DNA of 64,000 nt from Chloroflexota bacterium (GCA_016210205.1 JACQUO010000034.1:3484-67483), one strand, 5' to 3'; positions 1-10,957 are shown, counted from the stretch's first letter. Translations and numbers: made by a program. The notes: generated from the letters alone by a model not told the origin.

Positions 1-28
1 AGGGCCGCTCCCTGGCGGGGGTTTAGCC

Positions 29-1081
29 ATGGTCAACCTGGACGAGCAGGCCACCTACCAGCGCCTGGACCCCCAGGGGATGGCCGCCCGCCTCCTGGAG
101 CTACCCCAGCAGTGCCGCCGCGCCTGGGAGCAGGCCCAGGCCTTCCCCCTCCCCGCCCAGTGGCGGGGGGTAAGACAGGTGGTGGTCCTGGGCATGGGAG
201 GCTCCGCCATCGGGGGCGACCTCTTGGCCGCCCTGGCCGCGCCGCTGCCCGTCTGGGTGCAGCGGGAGTATAGCCTTCCGTCCTGGGTGGACGCGCAGAC
301 CCTGGTGATTGCCACCTCCTACTCCGGCGAGACCGAGGAGACCCTCTCCGCCTTCCAGGAGGCTCTCCTCACCCCGGCCCAGAAGCTGGCCGTCACCACC
401 GGCGGCGCCCTGGCCCGCCTGGCCCGCCAGAAGGGCATACCCCTCTTTCAGTTTGACTACCCCGTGCCCCCGCGGACGGCCCTGGGCTACCTGTTGCTGC
501 CCCCCCTGAACCTGCTAACCCGGCTGGGGCTGGTGCCCACCCAGGACGACGATATGGCGGAGATGCTCACGGTGCTGGAGGAGCTTAACCCCGACCTGCA
601 GCCCGCCTCCCCCACCACCCTCAACCCTGCCAAGAGGCTGGCGGGGCGGCTCCAGGGCCGGCTCGCTCTCATCTACGGGGCGGGGATGACGGCGGCGGTG
701 GCCCGGCGCTGGAAGACGCAAATCAACGAGAACAGCAAGGCCTGGGCCTTCTTCGAGACCCTCCCCGAGCTGCACCATAATGCCATCGTGGGGCTACAGT
801 TCCCGCCGGAGCTGGCCCGGCAGGCCTTCGTGGTGATGCTCTACTCCGGGAGCATGCCCGCGCGGCTCCAGGTTCGCCTCCAGGCCACCAGCCACATCCT
901 GGCCCGGGCCGGGGTGGAGCATGAGCTGGTGGTGGCCAAAGGAAACAAGCCCCTGAGCCAACTCATAGGGCTTGTTCTCTTTGGCGATTGGGTCAGCTAT
1001 TACCTGGCCTGCCTCTACGAGACCGACCCCTGGCCCGTGGCGGTCATCCAGGAGCTCAAGGAGAGGCTCAGCCAGATTTGA
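29..1081 (+). CDS. SIS-domain sugar isomerase (bifunctional phosphoglucose/phosphomannose isomerase-like)
   Basis: 350-aa ORF with SIS-type motifs (VLGMGGSAIGGD, ATSYSGETEET). Family call is from motif recollection only. Confidence 0.65.
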   Translation: MVNLDEQATYQRLDPQGMAARLLELPQQCRRAWEQAQAFPLPAQWRGVRQVVVLGMGGSAIGGDLLAALAAPLPVWVQREYSLPSWVDAQTLVIATSYSGETEETLSAFQEALLTPAQKLAVTTGGALARLARQKGIPLFQFDYPVPPRTALGYLLLPPLNLLTRLGLVPTQDDDMAEMLTVLEELNPDLQPASPTTLNPAKRLAGRLQGRLALIYGAGMTAAVARRWKTQINENSKAWAFFETLPELHHNAIVGLQFPPELARQAFVVMLYSGSMPARLQVRLQATSHILARAGVEHELVVAKGNKPLSQLIGLVLFGDWVSYYLACLYETDPWPVAVIQELKERLSQI

Positions 1082-1477
1082 CTAACGCTTGGTGTACTGG
1101 GGCGCTTTGCGGGCCCGCTTGAGCCCGTACTTCTTGCGCTCCTTGACCCGGGGGTCCCGGGTCAGCAGCCCAAAGGAGCGGAGCTGGGCCCTCAAAGAAG
1201 CGTCCGCGACCAACAGGGCCCGCGCGATGCCATGGGCAATGGCCCCCGCCTGACCCGATATCCCTCCCCCCTCCACCTTGGTCACCACATTGAAGCGCCC
1301 CACCGCGCCCACCACCTGCAGGGGCCGCAGGACCTGGGCCTGCAGGGAAGGGACGGGCAGGTAGTCGTTCAGGGCCTTGCCGTTGACCATCACGCTGTCG
1401 CCCCCGGGATAGAGCCGCACCCGGGCCACCGCGCTCTTGCGGCGCCCCGTGCCGTAGTAGTAGCTCGATTCCTTCAA
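1082..1477 (-). CDS. rpsI: 30S ribosomal protein S9 (uS9)
   Basis: 131 aa. [12 protein letters not shown] and C-terminal [17 protein letters not shown] hallmarks. Follows rplM. Confidence 0.95.
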   Translation of the reverse strand: MKESSYYYGTGRRKSAVARVRLYPGGDSVMVNGKALNDYLPVPSLQAQVLRPLQVVGAVGRFNVVTKVEGGGISGQAGAIAHGIARALLVADASLRAQLRSFGLLTRDPRVKERKKYGLKRARKAPQYTKR

Positions 1478-1911
1478 CTCTGCTCTCCTTTCCCCTCAGC
1501 TTTTATCTGGGCCTGATGGGGATGGTCAGGCCCCGGATAGACCTTGAGCTTCTTCAGCATGGCCCGCCCCAACCGGCTGGGTGGCAGCATGCCCTTCACC
1601 GCCTCCATGAGGGGACGGTCCGGATGGGCCTTCTGGAGCTTCTCATAGGTGACGGCCTTGAACCCGCCCGGATACATGGAGTGGCGGTAGTAGAACTTCT
1701 TGCCTTCTTTGCCCCCGGTCACCCTGATTTTGGCGGCGTTGACCACGACGACAAAGTCGCCCGTGTCCAGATGGGGCACGAAATAGGGCTTGTGCTTGCC
1801 CCGCAGCAGATGGGCCACCTGGCTGGCCAGACGGCCCAGGGCCTGCCCCGAGGCATCGATAAGATGCCACTGGCGCTGGATGTCTTTGGGCTTGGTGTTG
1901 AAAGTTGTCAA
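1474..1911 (-). CDS. rplM: 50S ribosomal protein L13 (uL13)
   Basis: 145 aa. [28 protein letters not shown] motif. 4-nt overlap with rpsI. Confidence 0.95.
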   Translation of the reverse strand: MTTFNTKPKDIQRQWHLIDASGQALGRLASQVAHLLRGKHKPYFVPHLDTGDFVVVVNAAKIRVTGGKEGKKFYYRHSMYPGGFKAVTYEKLQKAHPDRPLMEAVKGMLPPSRLGRAMLKKLKVYPGPDHPHQAQIKAEGKGEQS

Positions 1912-2684
1912 TGTCGTTCCCCAAATATCTCTTCTTTATAGTTGACCTGCAGGAGACACAGGCCCCCAGGAGGGGCCGTCCAACGGGCGGCCCCCAGACG
2001 GGGCCGGAGCAGCAGGTCTTGAAGCTGCGATAACTCCATGCGGCCCAGGCCCACCTGGAGCAGGGCCCCCGCCATGCGGCGCACCTGCTGGGGCAGGAAG
2101 GAATCCGCCTCCACCTCCACCCAGATATCCTCCCCTTCTGACCCCACCTGGACTTGACGCACGGTGCGCACGGTGCCCCACCACGACCGCTGCGGCGGGC
2201 CGGAGAAGGAGGCCCAGTCCCAGGTGCCCCCCAGCCGGGCTGCGGCCTGGGCCATGGACTCCCGGTCCAGGGGCGGGCGCACCCAGTGCGCCCAGCGCCG
2301 CTTCAGGGGCGCCGGCGTGTCCCGGTTCACGATGCGGTAGCGGTACCGCCGGCTCAAGGCGTCCCGCCGGGGATGGAACCCCTCCGGCACCTGGGCTGCC
2401 GCCTGCACCGCTATGTCTGCGGGCAGAAAGGTGTTGAGCCCCCGGCGGAAGCCCGCCGGCTCCAGCGAGAAATCGGTGAGGAAGCTCACCACCTGCCCCC
2501 GGGCGTGGACTCCGGCGTCGGTGCGGCTGGCCGCGGCGATGCGGTGGAAGTTCCCGGTGAGGCGCTCGATGGCCCGCTCCAGGGCGCCCTGCACCGTCGG
2601 CTGGCCCGCCCTCTGGAGCTGAAAGCCACAGTAAGCGGTGCCGTCGTACTCCACCAGAAGGGCCAGCCGAACCGCCGCGTTCAT
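1908..2684 (-). CDS. truA: tRNA pseudouridine(38-40) synthase TruA
   Basis: 258 aa. Catalytic-Asp motif RTDAGVHA. 4-nt overlap with rplM. Confidence 0.9.
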   Translation of the reverse strand: MNAAVRLALLVEYDGTAYCGFQLQRAGQPTVQGALERAIERLTGNFHRIAAASRTDAGVHARGQVVSFLTDFSLEPAGFRRGLNTFLPADIAVQAAAQVPEGFHPRRDALSRRYRYRIVNRDTPAPLKRRWAHWVRPPLDRESMAQAAARLGGTWDWASFSGPPQRSWWGTVRTVRQVQVGSEGEDIWVEVEADSFLPQQVRRMAGALLQVGLGRMELSQLQDLLLRPRLGAARWTAPPGGLCLLQVNYKEEIFGERH

Positions 2685-2690
2685 GCAAGG

Positions 2691-3041
2691 CTACACTAGC
2701 TCCAGATGGGCCATGGCGGCCCCATCCCCGTGGCGAGCCGGGAGCCTGGTGAGTCGGGTGTAGCCCCCGGGGCGCTGGGCGTATCGGGGCCCCAGTTCAG
2801 CGAATACCTTGCTCACCACCTTGGTATCCAGGAGGAAGGCCGCCGCTTGGCGCCGGGCATGGACCGAGCCTTTCTTGCCCAGGGTGATGATTTTCTCGGC
2901 CATTCCCTTGGTCTCCTTGGCCTTAGCCTCGGTGGTGACCATCATGCCATGGCGCAGGAAGTCGGTGACTAGCTGGCGGTACAGAGCCCGCCGCTGGTTG
3001 GTGGGCCGGCTCAAATGCCGGCCGGCAACTCGGTGTCTCAT
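2691..3041 (-). CDS. rplQ: 50S ribosomal protein L17 (bL17)
   Basis: 116 aa. The MRHRVAGRHLSRPTNQRRAL start is typical of bL17. Follows rpoA. Confidence 0.95.
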   Translation of the reverse strand: MRHRVAGRHLSRPTNQRRALYRQLVTDFLRHGMMVTTEAKAKETKGMAEKIITLGKKGSVHARRQAAAFLLDTKVVSKVFAELGPRYAQRPGGYTRLTRLPARHGDGAAMAHLELV

Positions 3042-4141
3042 GTAATACGCTCCCCGGATGTCTCTTTAGCCTCCTTGCCCGACGGGCCCGCCGACTCCGT
3101 GGTAAGGACAGCGCTGATTTCATCCCGCATCTGCGGGGGCTCCTCGGGCGCCAGCACCGGCGGGGCCTCGGGCGCGGGGGGAGCGGCGGGGGCCTCCCGG
3201 CCGGGGAAGGTCACCGCAAAGCCGTGGGAGGCCAGGGCGGTGAGCACCTCCATGAGAGACTTCTCCCCGAAGTTGCGCACCTTGAGGAGCTCCGCCTCAC
3301 CCTTGTCCAGGAGCTGGCCAATGGAAAGGATGCTCGCCCGTTTTAGGCAGTTGCGCGTGCGCGCGGACAGGTTCAGGGTATCGATGGAGAGATTGTATTG
3401 CTCCGGCGGCAGGGTAACGCCGCCCAGCGGCTGCTTGGCCTCCATCTCCTCTTGCAGGCGGCTCAAGTCCCGGAAATAGGAGAACTGCTCCACCAGGATG
3501 GCGGCGCTCTCGCTCACCGCCTCTTTGGGGGTGATGGTGCCGTCGGTCCACACCTCCAGGATAAGGCGGTCGTAGTTGGTCACCGGGCCTACCCTGGTGT
3601 TCTCTACCCGGTAGTTCACCTTGCGCACGGGGGTGTAGATGGCGTCCACGGGGATGACCCCCAGGGTGGTTCCGTCGTGGACCGCCGCCGGGAGGTATCC
3701 CTGGCCGTGGTCCACCATGAACTCCACCTCCAGCTTGGCCTGGGGGGAGACCAGGGTGGCCAGATGGAGGTCGGGGTTGACGACCTCGAAGTCCGCCGAG
3801 GGCTGAATATCCCCCGCCTTCACCTCCCGCTTGCCCGCTGCCGTCAGGAGGAGACGGCCCGGCTGGTCTCCGGCGGAGCGGAGGCGGACCTCCTTCACAT
3901 TGAGCAGGAACTCGCTCACATCCTCCCTCATATGAGGGATGGTGGTGAACTCGTGGAAAGTGCCCTCGACCTTCACCGCCGTGATGGCCGTGCCCCGCAG
4001 GGACGAGAGGAGCACCCGGCGCAAAGCGTTGCCCAGGGTGGTGCCAAAGCCTCCCCGCAGCGGCTCCATGATGAAGCGCCCGTAGTCCTTCTCTTCTTCT
4101 ATCAGCTCGATTTTGGGCCCAGTTGTCTGTTTTTGCTGCAT
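3038..4141 (-). CDS. rpoA: DNA-directed RNA polymerase alpha subunit
   Basis: 367 aa. Has the alpha NTD (MEPLRGGFGTTLGNALRRVLLSS) and CTD (LNLSARTRNCLKRA). Carries an extra ~50-aa Pro/Ala-rich C-terminal tail. Confidence 0.95.
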   Translation of the reverse strand: MQQKQTTGPKIELIEEEKDYGRFIMEPLRGGFGTTLGNALRRVLLSSLRGTAITAVKVEGTFHEFTTIPHMREDVSEFLLNVKEVRLRSAGDQPGRLLLTAAGKREVKAGDIQPSADFEVVNPDLHLATLVSPQAKLEVEFMVDHGQGYLPAAVHDGTTLGVIPVDAIYTPVRKVNYRVENTRVGPVTNYDRLILEVWTDGTITPKEAVSESAAILVEQFSYFRDLSRLQEEMEAKQPLGGVTLPPEQYNLSIDTLNLSARTRNCLKRASILSIGQLLDKGEAELLKVRNFGEKSLMEVLTALASHGFAVTFPGREAPAAPPAPEAPPVLAPEEPPQMRDEISAVLTTESAGPSGKEAKETSGERIT

Positions 4142-4176
4142 ATCCTACCTTCCCCAGGGATAGAGGTTAATGCGGC

Positions 4177-4806
4177 CTAACGGGAGTAATACTCCACCAC
4201 CGCTTGCTCTTTGACCATAGGCTCCACATCCTGGCGCTCCGGCGCGGTCATCACCTGTCCCGCCAGGCTCTGGAGGTCCAAGCTCAGCCAGCGGGGACGC
4301 TCTTTGCCCTGGATGCCCCGCACCATCCCTTTATAATACTCCGACTTCAGGGCAGTGCGACACCAGGAGATGGTCTCTCCGGGCTTGAGGAGGCGCGAGG
4401 GGATGTTACAGTTGCGTCCGTTGACCTGGAACATCCCGTGGGTGACCAGCTGCCGGGCCTGGTTGCGGGAGTCGGCGAAGCCCAAGCGATAGACAATGTT
4501 GTCTAGCCGCAGCTCCAAAAGGCGGACCAGGTTCTCCCCCGTCATCCCCGGCGTGTGGAGGGCTTGGCTGAAGACCGTGCGGAACTGCCGCTCCAGGAGC
4601 CCATAGATGCGCTTGGCCTTCTGCTTCTCCCGGAGTTGGACACCCCGGTCCGAGACGCGGCGGCGGCGCAAACCGTGCATCCCCGGCGGCGCAGGACGCC
4701 GCTCGAAGGCGCACTTGGGGCTGAAACATCGCGGCCCCTTGAAGTAGAGCTTCTCACCGTAGCGGCGGCACAGCCGGCACACGGCCCCAGTGTATCTTGC
4801 CATCAT
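4177..4806 (-). CDS. rpsD: 30S ribosomal protein S4 (uS4), Cys4 form
   Basis: 209 aa. (M)MARYTGAVCRLCRRYGEKLYFKGPRCFSPKC start with four Cys. Confidence 0.95.
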   Translation of the reverse strand: MMARYTGAVCRLCRRYGEKLYFKGPRCFSPKCAFERRPAPPGMHGLRRRRVSDRGVQLREKQKAKRIYGLLERQFRTVFSQALHTPGMTGENLVRLLELRLDNIVYRLGFADSRNQARQLVTHGMFQVNGRNCNIPSRLLKPGETISWCRTALKSEYYKGMVRGIQGKERPRWLSLDLQSLAGQVMTAPERQDVEPMVKEQAVVEYYSR

Positions 4807-4833
4807 CCCTCCTCGGGTGAAAGGTCTTGAGGA

Positions 4834-5697
4834 TTACGCGCTGCCCCGGAGCACCACGCGGAGCTCCTGGGCCATGGTCAGGAAGGCGTAGCCCTCCTTG
4901 CGCGCCCTCAAGTCCGTGTATAGGACGAACCATCCCACATATATAATAGGTTCCAGCACTAGGGAGACCAGGATCTGGGCCAGCTCCGCCAAAAACCCCT
5001 GCAGGATTACATTTAAAATGGCATTGGTGCTGGCCCCGATGCCCCCAACCACGAGCAGTAAGACGAGAAAAATCCCGAACACCCGCCACCACTGGCCCCG
5101 CACCAGCTCCCGGCTCCGGCCCAGGCTGGGCCGCGGGGTCTTCCCCTCCAGCACGGCCGCATAGCCGGCCATGCTCCAGCTGATAAAGAGGTAAACCCCC
5201 AGGCCCAGCAGGGGCAGCCCCAAGATGAGGAAGCCCGTGGCCGCCCCGGGAACTTGCCCGTCACCCAGGGCCGTTAGCATCACCCCGAAAAACGGGAGGG
5301 CCAGCCCCCCGGCGATGAGCATGACCAGCAAGAGGGCCCCTACCATGCTCCCCAGCCGGCGCCAGGCGGCTTCATAAGCCGTCCTCACCTCGATTCGGGG
5401 CTGGATGTATTGGGTGGCCAGAGCCACGCTCAGGGCTCCCACCATCAGGCCCGTCCCCAACACCCACGCTCCCAGGAAGACCAGGCCCAGGAACACGTCG
5501 CCGGCCCCAAAGGGCGCTCCCCCAGCCGGGGAGTCAGGCATCAGTCGCCCCACTACCTCCTGGAAGAGGATTAGCGGCACCTGCACCAGGGCAAAGATGG
5601 TCACCAGGGGGCCGAAATTCGACCGGTACACCCTCACCACCTCTTCGAGGAGCTGGGACATGGTCTTGGGTTTTATCTCACCTCCCGATTCCGACAC
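4834..5697 (-). CDS. polytopic membrane protein of unknown function embedded in the alpha operon
   Basis: 287 aa with about six hydrophobic segments. The C-terminal LYTDLRARKEGY motif is recalled from DUF975/GDPD-membrane-domain-like proteins. Lies 27 nt and 14 nt from rpsD and rpsK. Start is unresolved (GTG 5697 or ATG 5661). Confidence 0.6.
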   Translation of the reverse strand: MSESGGEIKPKTMSQLLEEVVRVYRSNFGPLVTIFALVQVPLILFQEVVGRLMPDSPAGGAPFGAGDVFLGLVFLGAWVLGTGLMVGALSVALATQYIQPRIEVRTAYEAAWRRLGSMVGALLLVMLIAGGLALPFFGVMLTALGDGQVPGAATGFLILGLPLLGLGVYLFISWSMAGYAAVLEGKTPRPSLGRSRELVRGQWWRVFGIFLVLLLVVGGIGASTNAILNVILQGFLAELAQILVSLVLEPIIYVGWFVLYTDLRARKEGYAFLTMAQELRVVLRGSA

Positions 5698-5711
5698 TGC
5701 TCTGAGCCTAT

Positions 5712-6116
5712 CTATATCCGGCGCCGCTTGGGCGGGCGGCAGCCGTTGTGCGGGATGGGGGTCACATCCCTGATGGCGGTGACGCTGAGGCCCGCCGCCT
5801 GCAGGGAGCGTATGGCTGCCTCCCGGCCGCTGCCGAGGCCCTTGACGAAGACTTCCACCTGCCGCAGGCCGTGCTCTATCCCTTTCTGGGCAGCCTTCTC
5901 TGCGGCCAGTTGGGCGGCGAAGGCCGTCCCCTTGCGGGAGCCTTTGAACCCAGCCGTCCCCGAGCTGCCCATGGCGATGACATTGCCCTGGGGGTCCGTC
6001 AGGGTGATGATGGTATTATTGAAGGTGGACTGGACAAAGGCCTTTCCGCGCGGGACAACCTTCCGGTCCCGCCGGCGGGGCCGCGCCGTCCGTTTTCTCC
6101 GTGGCTGTTCCGTCAT
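5712..6116 (-). CDS. rpsK: 30S ribosomal protein S11 (uS11)
   Basis: 134 aa. [31 protein letters not shown] core. Confidence 0.95.
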   Translation of the reverse strand: MTEQPRRKRTARPRRRDRKVVPRGKAFVQSTFNNTIITLTDPQGNVIAMGSSGTAGFKGSRKGTAFAAQLAAEKAAQKGIEHGLRQVEVFVKGLGSGREAAIRSLQAAGLSVTAIRDVTPIPHNGCRPPKRRRI

Positions 6117-6132
6117 CCCAAGCTCCTTCTTC

Positions 6133-6516
6133 CTACTTCTTAGCCATGGCCCGCCGCTTGCCAGCCACGGTGCGCCGGTTGCCGCGCTTGGTGCGGGCGT
6201 TGGTCCGGGTGCGCTGGCCCCGCACGGGCAGGCCCCGGCGGTGCCGCACGCCCCGGTAGGCGTTAATCTCCTGGAGCCGTTTGATGTTGCCCGTCACCTC
6301 ACGGCGCAGGTCTCCCTCTACGCGATACTCTTTGTCGATAATCTCCCGGATGCGGCTGATTTCCGCCTCCTGGAGGTCCTTCACCTTGACGCTGGGGTCA
6401 ACCCTGGCCCGTTCCAGTATCTTCAGGCTCCGGGCGTCCCCAATGCCGTAGATATAGCCCAGGGAGACCCCTACTCGCTTGTTGTCGGGGATGTCCACGC
6501 CGACGATACGCGCCAT
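6133..6516 (-). CDS. rpsM: 30S ribosomal protein S13 (uS13)
   Basis: 127 aa. [26 protein letters not shown] start. Confidence 0.95.
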   Translation of the reverse strand: MARIVGVDIPDNKRVGVSLGYIYGIGDARSLKILERARVDPSVKVKDLQEAEISRIREIIDKEYRVEGDLRREVTGNIKRLQEINAYRGVRHRRGLPVRGQRTRTNARTKRGNRRTVAGKRRAMAKK

Positions 6517-6548
6517 TGCCTACTCCTCTCTCCGCCTCGAGGGCCTTC

Positions 6549-6662
6549 CTAGCCCTGGCGCTGCTTGTGTTTGGGGTTGGTGCAGATGACCCGCAGCCTT
6601 CCCTTGCGCCGGACGATTTTGCACTGCTCGCAGCGAACCTTAATAGAAGCTCTGACCTTCAT
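6549..6662 (-). CDS. rpmJ: 50S ribosomal protein L36 (bL36), Zn-type
   Basis: Absent from the ORF track (<60 aa). Minus strand from ATG at 6662 to TAG at 6549-6551 encodes [37 protein letters not shown]. Sits in the expected infA-rpmJ-rpsM slot. Confidence 0.9.
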   Translation of the reverse strand: MKVRASIKVRCEQCKIVRRKGRLRVICTNPKHKQRQG

Positions 6663-6694
6663 CTTATTACAAACCTTTCCCCAGGGTTATGGGC

Positions 6695-6919
6695 TTACTT
6701 GAACCGGTAGGTAATACGCCCCCGGGTCAAGTCATAGGGGGAGAGCTCCACCAGCACCCGGTCCCCGGGGAGGATGCGGATGAAGTGCTGCCGAATCTTC
6801 CCGGAGATGTGGGCCAGCACCCGGTGCCCGTTGGCCAGCTCCACCCGGAACATGGCGTTGGGCAGGGCCTCCACCACGGTGCCCTCTACCTCGATGACAT
6901 CTTTCTTCGTCCTGGCCAT
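6695..6919 (-). CDS. infA: translation initiation factor IF-1
   Basis: 74 aa. S1-like fold sequence [31 protein letters not shown]. Confidence 0.95.
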   Translation of the reverse strand: MARTKKDVIEVEGTVVEALPNAMFRVELANGHRVLAHISGKIRQHFIRILPGDRVLVELSPYDLTRGRITYRFK

Positions 6920-6943
6920 TATCCTGCTTTCCGTACTTCTGGC

Positions 6944-7693
6944 CTAAAGGCGGGTGAGGACTTCCGCCTCACCGTCGGTGATGGCGATGGTGTCCTCGAA
7001 GTGGGCCGAGAGGCTCCCATCGGCCGTCACCACCGTCCAGTGGTTGTCCAATACCTTGGTGCGCCAGTCCCCCACATTGACCATGGGCTCCAGGGCCAGG
7101 GTCATGCCCTTCTCCAGGATGAGGCCCTGTCCTGGCTCGCCGAAGTTGGGCACCTGGGGGTCCTCATGCATCTCCCGGCCGATGCCGTGGCCCACATACT
7201 CTCGCACCACCGCGAAGCCCCGGGACTCCACCCAGCGCTGGATGGTGCCGGAGACATCCCCCAGGTGAGCCCCCGCCCGGGCCGCGCTAGTTCCGGCCTC
7301 CAGAGCTTCGCGTGTCACTCGGACGAGCTCCTGGGCCTGGGGGGTGATGGCCCCCACCGCGACGGTGCGGGCGGCATCGCCGTGATAGCCCTGGTAGATG
7401 GCCCCCACATCCAGGGAGATGATGTCTCCCTCCTGGAGGGCCCGCCCCCCCGGGATGCCGTGGACCACCTCGTGGTTGACGGAGGCGCATAGGCTGGCGG
7501 GGTAGCCCCGGTAGCCTTTGAAGGAAGGGACTGCGCCCCGTTTTCGTATCTCACGCTCTGCCACCTTATCCAGTTTGGCGGTGGTGATGCCGGGCCTTAC
7601 CTCTCGCGCCAGGGCCTGGAGCACTTCCGCCACGATGCGGCCCGCCTGGCGCATCAAATCTATCTCATGGGCTGATTTTATCACTATGGCCAA
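6944..7693 (-). CDS. map: type I methionine aminopeptidase
   Basis: 249 aa. MetAP metal-ligand contexts (DIISLDVGAIYQGYHGD, GHGIG, LEPM). Confidence 0.93.
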   Translation of the reverse strand: MAIVIKSAHEIDLMRQAGRIVAEVLQALAREVRPGITTAKLDKVAEREIRKRGAVPSFKGYRGYPASLCASVNHEVVHGIPGGRALQEGDIISLDVGAIYQGYHGDAARTVAVGAITPQAQELVRVTREALEAGTSAARAGAHLGDVSGTIQRWVESRGFAVVREYVGHGIGREMHEDPQVPNFGEPGQGLILEKGMTLALEPMVNVGDWRTKVLDNHWTVVTADGSLSAHFEDTIAITDGEAEVLTRL

Positions 7694-7709
7694 GGGGCGA
7701 CCACCGACC

Positions 7710-8381
7710 TCACTTCCTGACGCGCTTGCCGCCCTCTAGGGAAGCCAGGACAGCCAAAAGCTCTTTGCCCACGGCCTCCACCGAGTGCTCCCCGTCAATC
7801 TCTTTGAGGCGGCCAGCCTGGCGATAGTAGTCTATCAGGGGCATGGTCTGGTTGAAATAGACCTCCAGCCGCTTGCGGGCGGTCTCGATGGTGTCATCAG
7901 CTCGTTGGTAGAGCTCGCCGCCGCACTGGTCGCACTTGCCCTTGACCTTGGGGGGGGCGCTCACCAGATGGTAGGGGGCCTGGCACTGTCGGCAAATCCA
8001 GCGCCCCGAGAGGCGCCGCAGGAGCTCCCCCTCGGACACCTTGATGTACAGGGCGGCGGCCACGGATTTCCCCTGGCCCTTGAGGGCTTGCTCCAGGGCC
8101 CGGGCCTGCTCCAGGGTGCGGGGGAACCCATCCAGAAGGCAGCCCCGGGCGCAGTCGGGGGCCGAGAGCCGCTCCATGACCATCTTCACCGTGACCTCGT
8201 CGGGCACCAGCTGGCCCTTCTCCATGTAAGACTTGGCCAGGAGCCCCAGCTCGGTGCCCTGACGCTGGGCTTCCCGAAAGAGGTCGCCGGTGGCCACATG
8301 GGGCAGGCCCATCTTCTCTTTGACGACGGTGGCTTGAGTCCCCTTGCCCGCTCCGGGGGCGCCGACCAGGATGAGATACAT
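7710..8381 (-). CDS. adk: adenylate kinase with Cys4 lid
   Basis: P-loop GAPGAGKGTQ and lid CRQC...CDQC. Start set at ATG 8381 (MYLILVGAPG); the ORF-track start at 8411 would overlap the secY stop. Confidence 0.9.
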   Translation of the reverse strand: MYLILVGAPGAGKGTQATVVKEKMGLPHVATGDLFREAQRQGTELGLLAKSYMEKGQLVPDEVTVKMVMERLSAPDCARGCLLDGFPRTLEQARALEQALKGQGKSVAAALYIKVSEGELLRRLSGRWICRQCQAPYHLVSAPPKVKGKCDQCGGELYQRADDTIETARKRLEVYFNQTMPLIDYYRQAGRLKEIDGEHSVEAVGKELLAVLASLEGGKRVRK

Positions 8382-8391
8382 GCTGCCCCCT

Positions 8392-9735
8392 TTACCTGAT
8401 AAGGCCTTCATACTGACGCATAAGAAGCTGCGACTCTAGCTGCCTCAAGGTGTCCAGCACGACCCCCACCACGATGAGGAGGCTGGTGCTGGATATCTGA
8501 AGGGCCTGAACATTGGTGATGAGGGAGGCAAAGTAAGGCATCACTGCCACCACCCCCAAGAACAAGGCCCCGGCCCAGGTGATGCGGACGATAACCCGGT
8601 TCAGGTATTGCGCGGTGTCCTTCCCTGGACGGATGCCCGGGACGAAGCCGCTGTTCTTCTGGAGGGTCTCCGCCACATTCTGCTGCTCGAATATCACCAA
8701 GGTATAGAAGAAGGTGAAGGCCACCACCAGAATAAAGTATAGCGTCCAATAAACCGCCCCGGTGGAATCGAAGATATTGAGGATGAATCCCGCTATCCCC
8801 TCCCGTAACCCGGTGGGGTCGGTGATGAAGTAGCTGGCGATGGTCCCCGGGAGCACCATGAGGGACATGGCGAATATAAGGGGTATCATCCCCGCGGAGT
8901 TAATCCGGAGGGGCACATGGGTGGAGCCCGTCTGGCGGTACATGCGCCCACCCTTGAACAGGCTCCGGGAGTATTGCACCGGGATGCGCCGCTGGGCCTC
9001 CTGGAAGAACACGATGGCGAAGACCGTGACCAGCCCCAGCGCCACGAAGACGGCCAGACCAGCGCTGAAGAGGCCCTCCAGGGGGGTCGGCCCCGCCAGC
9101 ATGGTGCGGCCCACCACGTTGGGCAGGCCGGCCACAATGCCCCCGAAGATGATGATGGAGACCCCGTTGCCGATGCCGTTCTCGGTGATGAGCTCGCCCA
9201 GCCAGACCAGGAACACCGTCCCGGCCACCATGGACAAGACCATAGCCAATGTTGGGAGCACGGCCTCGCCGCTCAAGCCAACGCCCCGGATGACCCCGGC
9301 GTTCTGGAACAGGAGCAGCTGTCCGTAGGCCTGGAGGGCGGCCAGGGGCACCGTGACCCAGTGGGTTATCAGGTTCATGCGGTGCCGTCCCGCCTCCCCC
9401 TCCTTGGCCAGGTTGCGCATATAGGGGATGACGGGGGTCAGGAGCTGGATGATGATGGAGGCGGTAATGTAGGGATAGACCCCCATGGCCGCCACCGAGA
9501 GGTTGCGCATGGCGCCGCCGCTGAAGACATCCAACATCCCCAGGAGCTGGTTGGTGGCGAAGAGCTGCCGCAGGGCCACGGCATCCACGCCGGGGATGGG
9601 CACATGGGCCACAAAGCGAAACACCACCAGGATGCCCAGGGTGAAGAGGAGCTTGCGGCGCAGGTCGGGCTGACGGAAGGCGTCGATGGAGGCCTGGAGC
9701 AGCTGCGGCCTACCGCCTTTGGCGGGCTGGCGCAA
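8392..9735 (-). CDS. secY: preprotein translocase subunit SecY
   Basis: 447 aa, multi-TM, in the canonical rplO-secY-adk position. Start uncertain because TTG 9735 overlaps rplO by 26 nt. Confidence 0.93.
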   Translation of the reverse strand: MRQPAKGGRPQLLQASIDAFRQPDLRRKLLFTLGILVVFRFVAHVPIPGVDAVALRQLFATNQLLGMLDVFSGGAMRNLSVAAMGVYPYITASIIIQLLTPVIPYMRNLAKEGEAGRHRMNLITHWVTVPLAALQAYGQLLLFQNAGVIRGVGLSGEAVLPTLAMVLSMVAGTVFLVWLGELITENGIGNGVSIIIFGGIVAGLPNVVGRTMLAGPTPLEGLFSAGLAVFVALGLVTVFAIVFFQEAQRRIPVQYSRSLFKGGRMYRQTGSTHVPLRINSAGMIPLIFAMSLMVLPGTIASYFITDPTGLREGIAGFILNIFDSTGAVYWTLYFILVVAFTFFYTLVIFEQQNVAETLQKNSGFVPGIRPGKDTAQYLNRVIVRITWAGALFLGVVAVMPYFASLITNVQALQISSTSLLIVVGVVLDTLRQLESQLLMRQYEGLIR

Positions 9736-10183
9736 ACGCCACCTCCTCTACCGCTTGGCCCCCAGCAGCCTCAATCTTCTGGCGGGCTGCCGCAGAGAAC
9801 TTCTGGGCCCGCACCACCAGTGGAGTATTGAGCTCCCCGTCGGCCAGGACCTTGACGGGACGGCGCGCTGCCTTCACCAGGCCGGCCGCCCGCATCTCCT
9901 GGGGGGTCACCTGGCTGTCCTTGGCGAAGACGTTGAGCTGGCCCACATTCACTATCTCATATTCCCACTTGAAGATGTTGGTGAAGCCCCGCTTCTGGGG
10001 CGACATGCGGACAATGGGATTCTGGCCCCCTTCAAACCGGGGCGGCGTGTTGCCACCGGTGCGGGCTTTGTGCCCCTTAATCCCGCGGCCCGAGTAGGTG
10101 CCGTGGCCGGAGCCGGTGCCGCGTCCGACGCGTTTGCTCTGGCGCCGCGAGCCCGGCGCTGGTTTCACTTCATGAGCTAACAT
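9710..10183 (-). CDS. rplO: 50S ribosomal protein L15 (uL15)
   Basis: 157 aa. Gly/Arg-rich N-terminus [24 protein letters not shown]. Confidence 0.95.
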   Translation of the reverse strand: MLAHEVKPAPGSRRQSKRVGRGTGSGHGTYSGRGIKGHKARTGGNTPPRFEGGQNPIVRMSPQKRGFTNIFKWEYEIVNVGQLNVFAKDSQVTPQEMRAAGLVKAARRPVKVLADGELNTPLVVRAQKFSAAARQKIEAAGGQAVEEVAFAPARQRR

Positions 10184-10253
10184 GGCTTCAACTCTCTATG
10201 GCAGTTTCGGGGAGGGGGTGCCGCCAAAAAAGGGCCCGCCCGCCACCCCCGGG

Positions 10254-10436
10254 CTATTTCACTTCTTCGACCCGAACCAGATGGCGCACCTTGGCCACCA
10301 TGCCCCGCACGCTGGGGTTGTCCTCAAGCTCCACGGTCTGCTGGAGACGCCGCAGGCCCATGGTGCGGATGACGACTCGCTGGGCCCGGGGGAAGCCAAT
10401 GCCGCTCTTCTGCCAGGTGATGCGCAGCTTAGGCAT
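10254..10436 (-). CDS. rpmD: 50S ribosomal protein L30 (uL30)
   Basis: Masked inside the 108-aa track ORF 10254..10580. ATG at 10436 gives 60 aa, [60 protein letters not shown]. 8-nt overlap with the rpsE stop. Confidence 0.9.
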   Translation of the reverse strand: MPKLRITWQKSGIGFPRAQRVVIRTMGLRRLQQTVELEDNPSVRGMVAKVRHLVRVEEVK

Positions 10437-10950
10437 GGGCGCCCACCGGGACGGCAGGAGCGGCCTTCTTGCCGCGGCGCACCAGCTCCCGCTCCGGTTC
10501 CTGGAGCAACTGCAGGGCAGCCATGGTGGCCCGTACCACATTGATGGCGTTGGGACTCCCCAAGGATTTGGAGAGGACATCCCGGATGCCCGTGGCCTCC
10601 ATCACCGCGCGCACGCCGCCGCCGGCCACCACCCCGGTCCCGGGGGAGGCCGGCTTCAACAGGACCTTGGCGGCGCCGAACTTGGCAGTGACCTCGTGGG
10701 TGATGGTGTTGCCCTTCATGTTGACTTTTATCATGTAGCGTCGGGCCGCCGCATTGCCCTTGCGGATGGCCTCGGGCACCTCTTTGGCCTTGCCCAGGCC
10801 CACGCCCACCTGACCGTGGCCGTCCCCTACTACCACCAGGGCGCTGAAATGAAAGCGGCGCCCTCCCTTGACCACCTTGGCCACCCGGTTGATGCCCACC
10901 AGGCGCTCTATCAGTTCTTCTGGGGCTGACCGGTCTCGTCGCTCTTGCAT
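10429..10950 (-). CDS. rpsE: 30S ribosomal protein S5 (uS5)
   Basis: 173 aa. [43 protein letters not shown] core. Confidence 0.95.
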   Translation of the reverse strand: MQERRDRSAPEELIERLVGINRVAKVVKGGRRFHFSALVVVGDGHGQVGVGLGKAKEVPEAIRKGNAAARRYMIKVNMKGNTITHEVTAKFGAAKVLLKPASPGTGVVAGGGVRAVMEATGIRDVLSKSLGSPNAINVVRATMAALQLLQEPERELVRRGKKAAPAVPVGAHA

Positions 10951-10957
10951 GAACTCC

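Noticed and set aside
1079-1084. Convergent genes (isomerase and rpsI) whose stop codons abut with no spacer or terminator
   Set aside because: The arrangement is compact but not unusual, and there is no structure to interpret.
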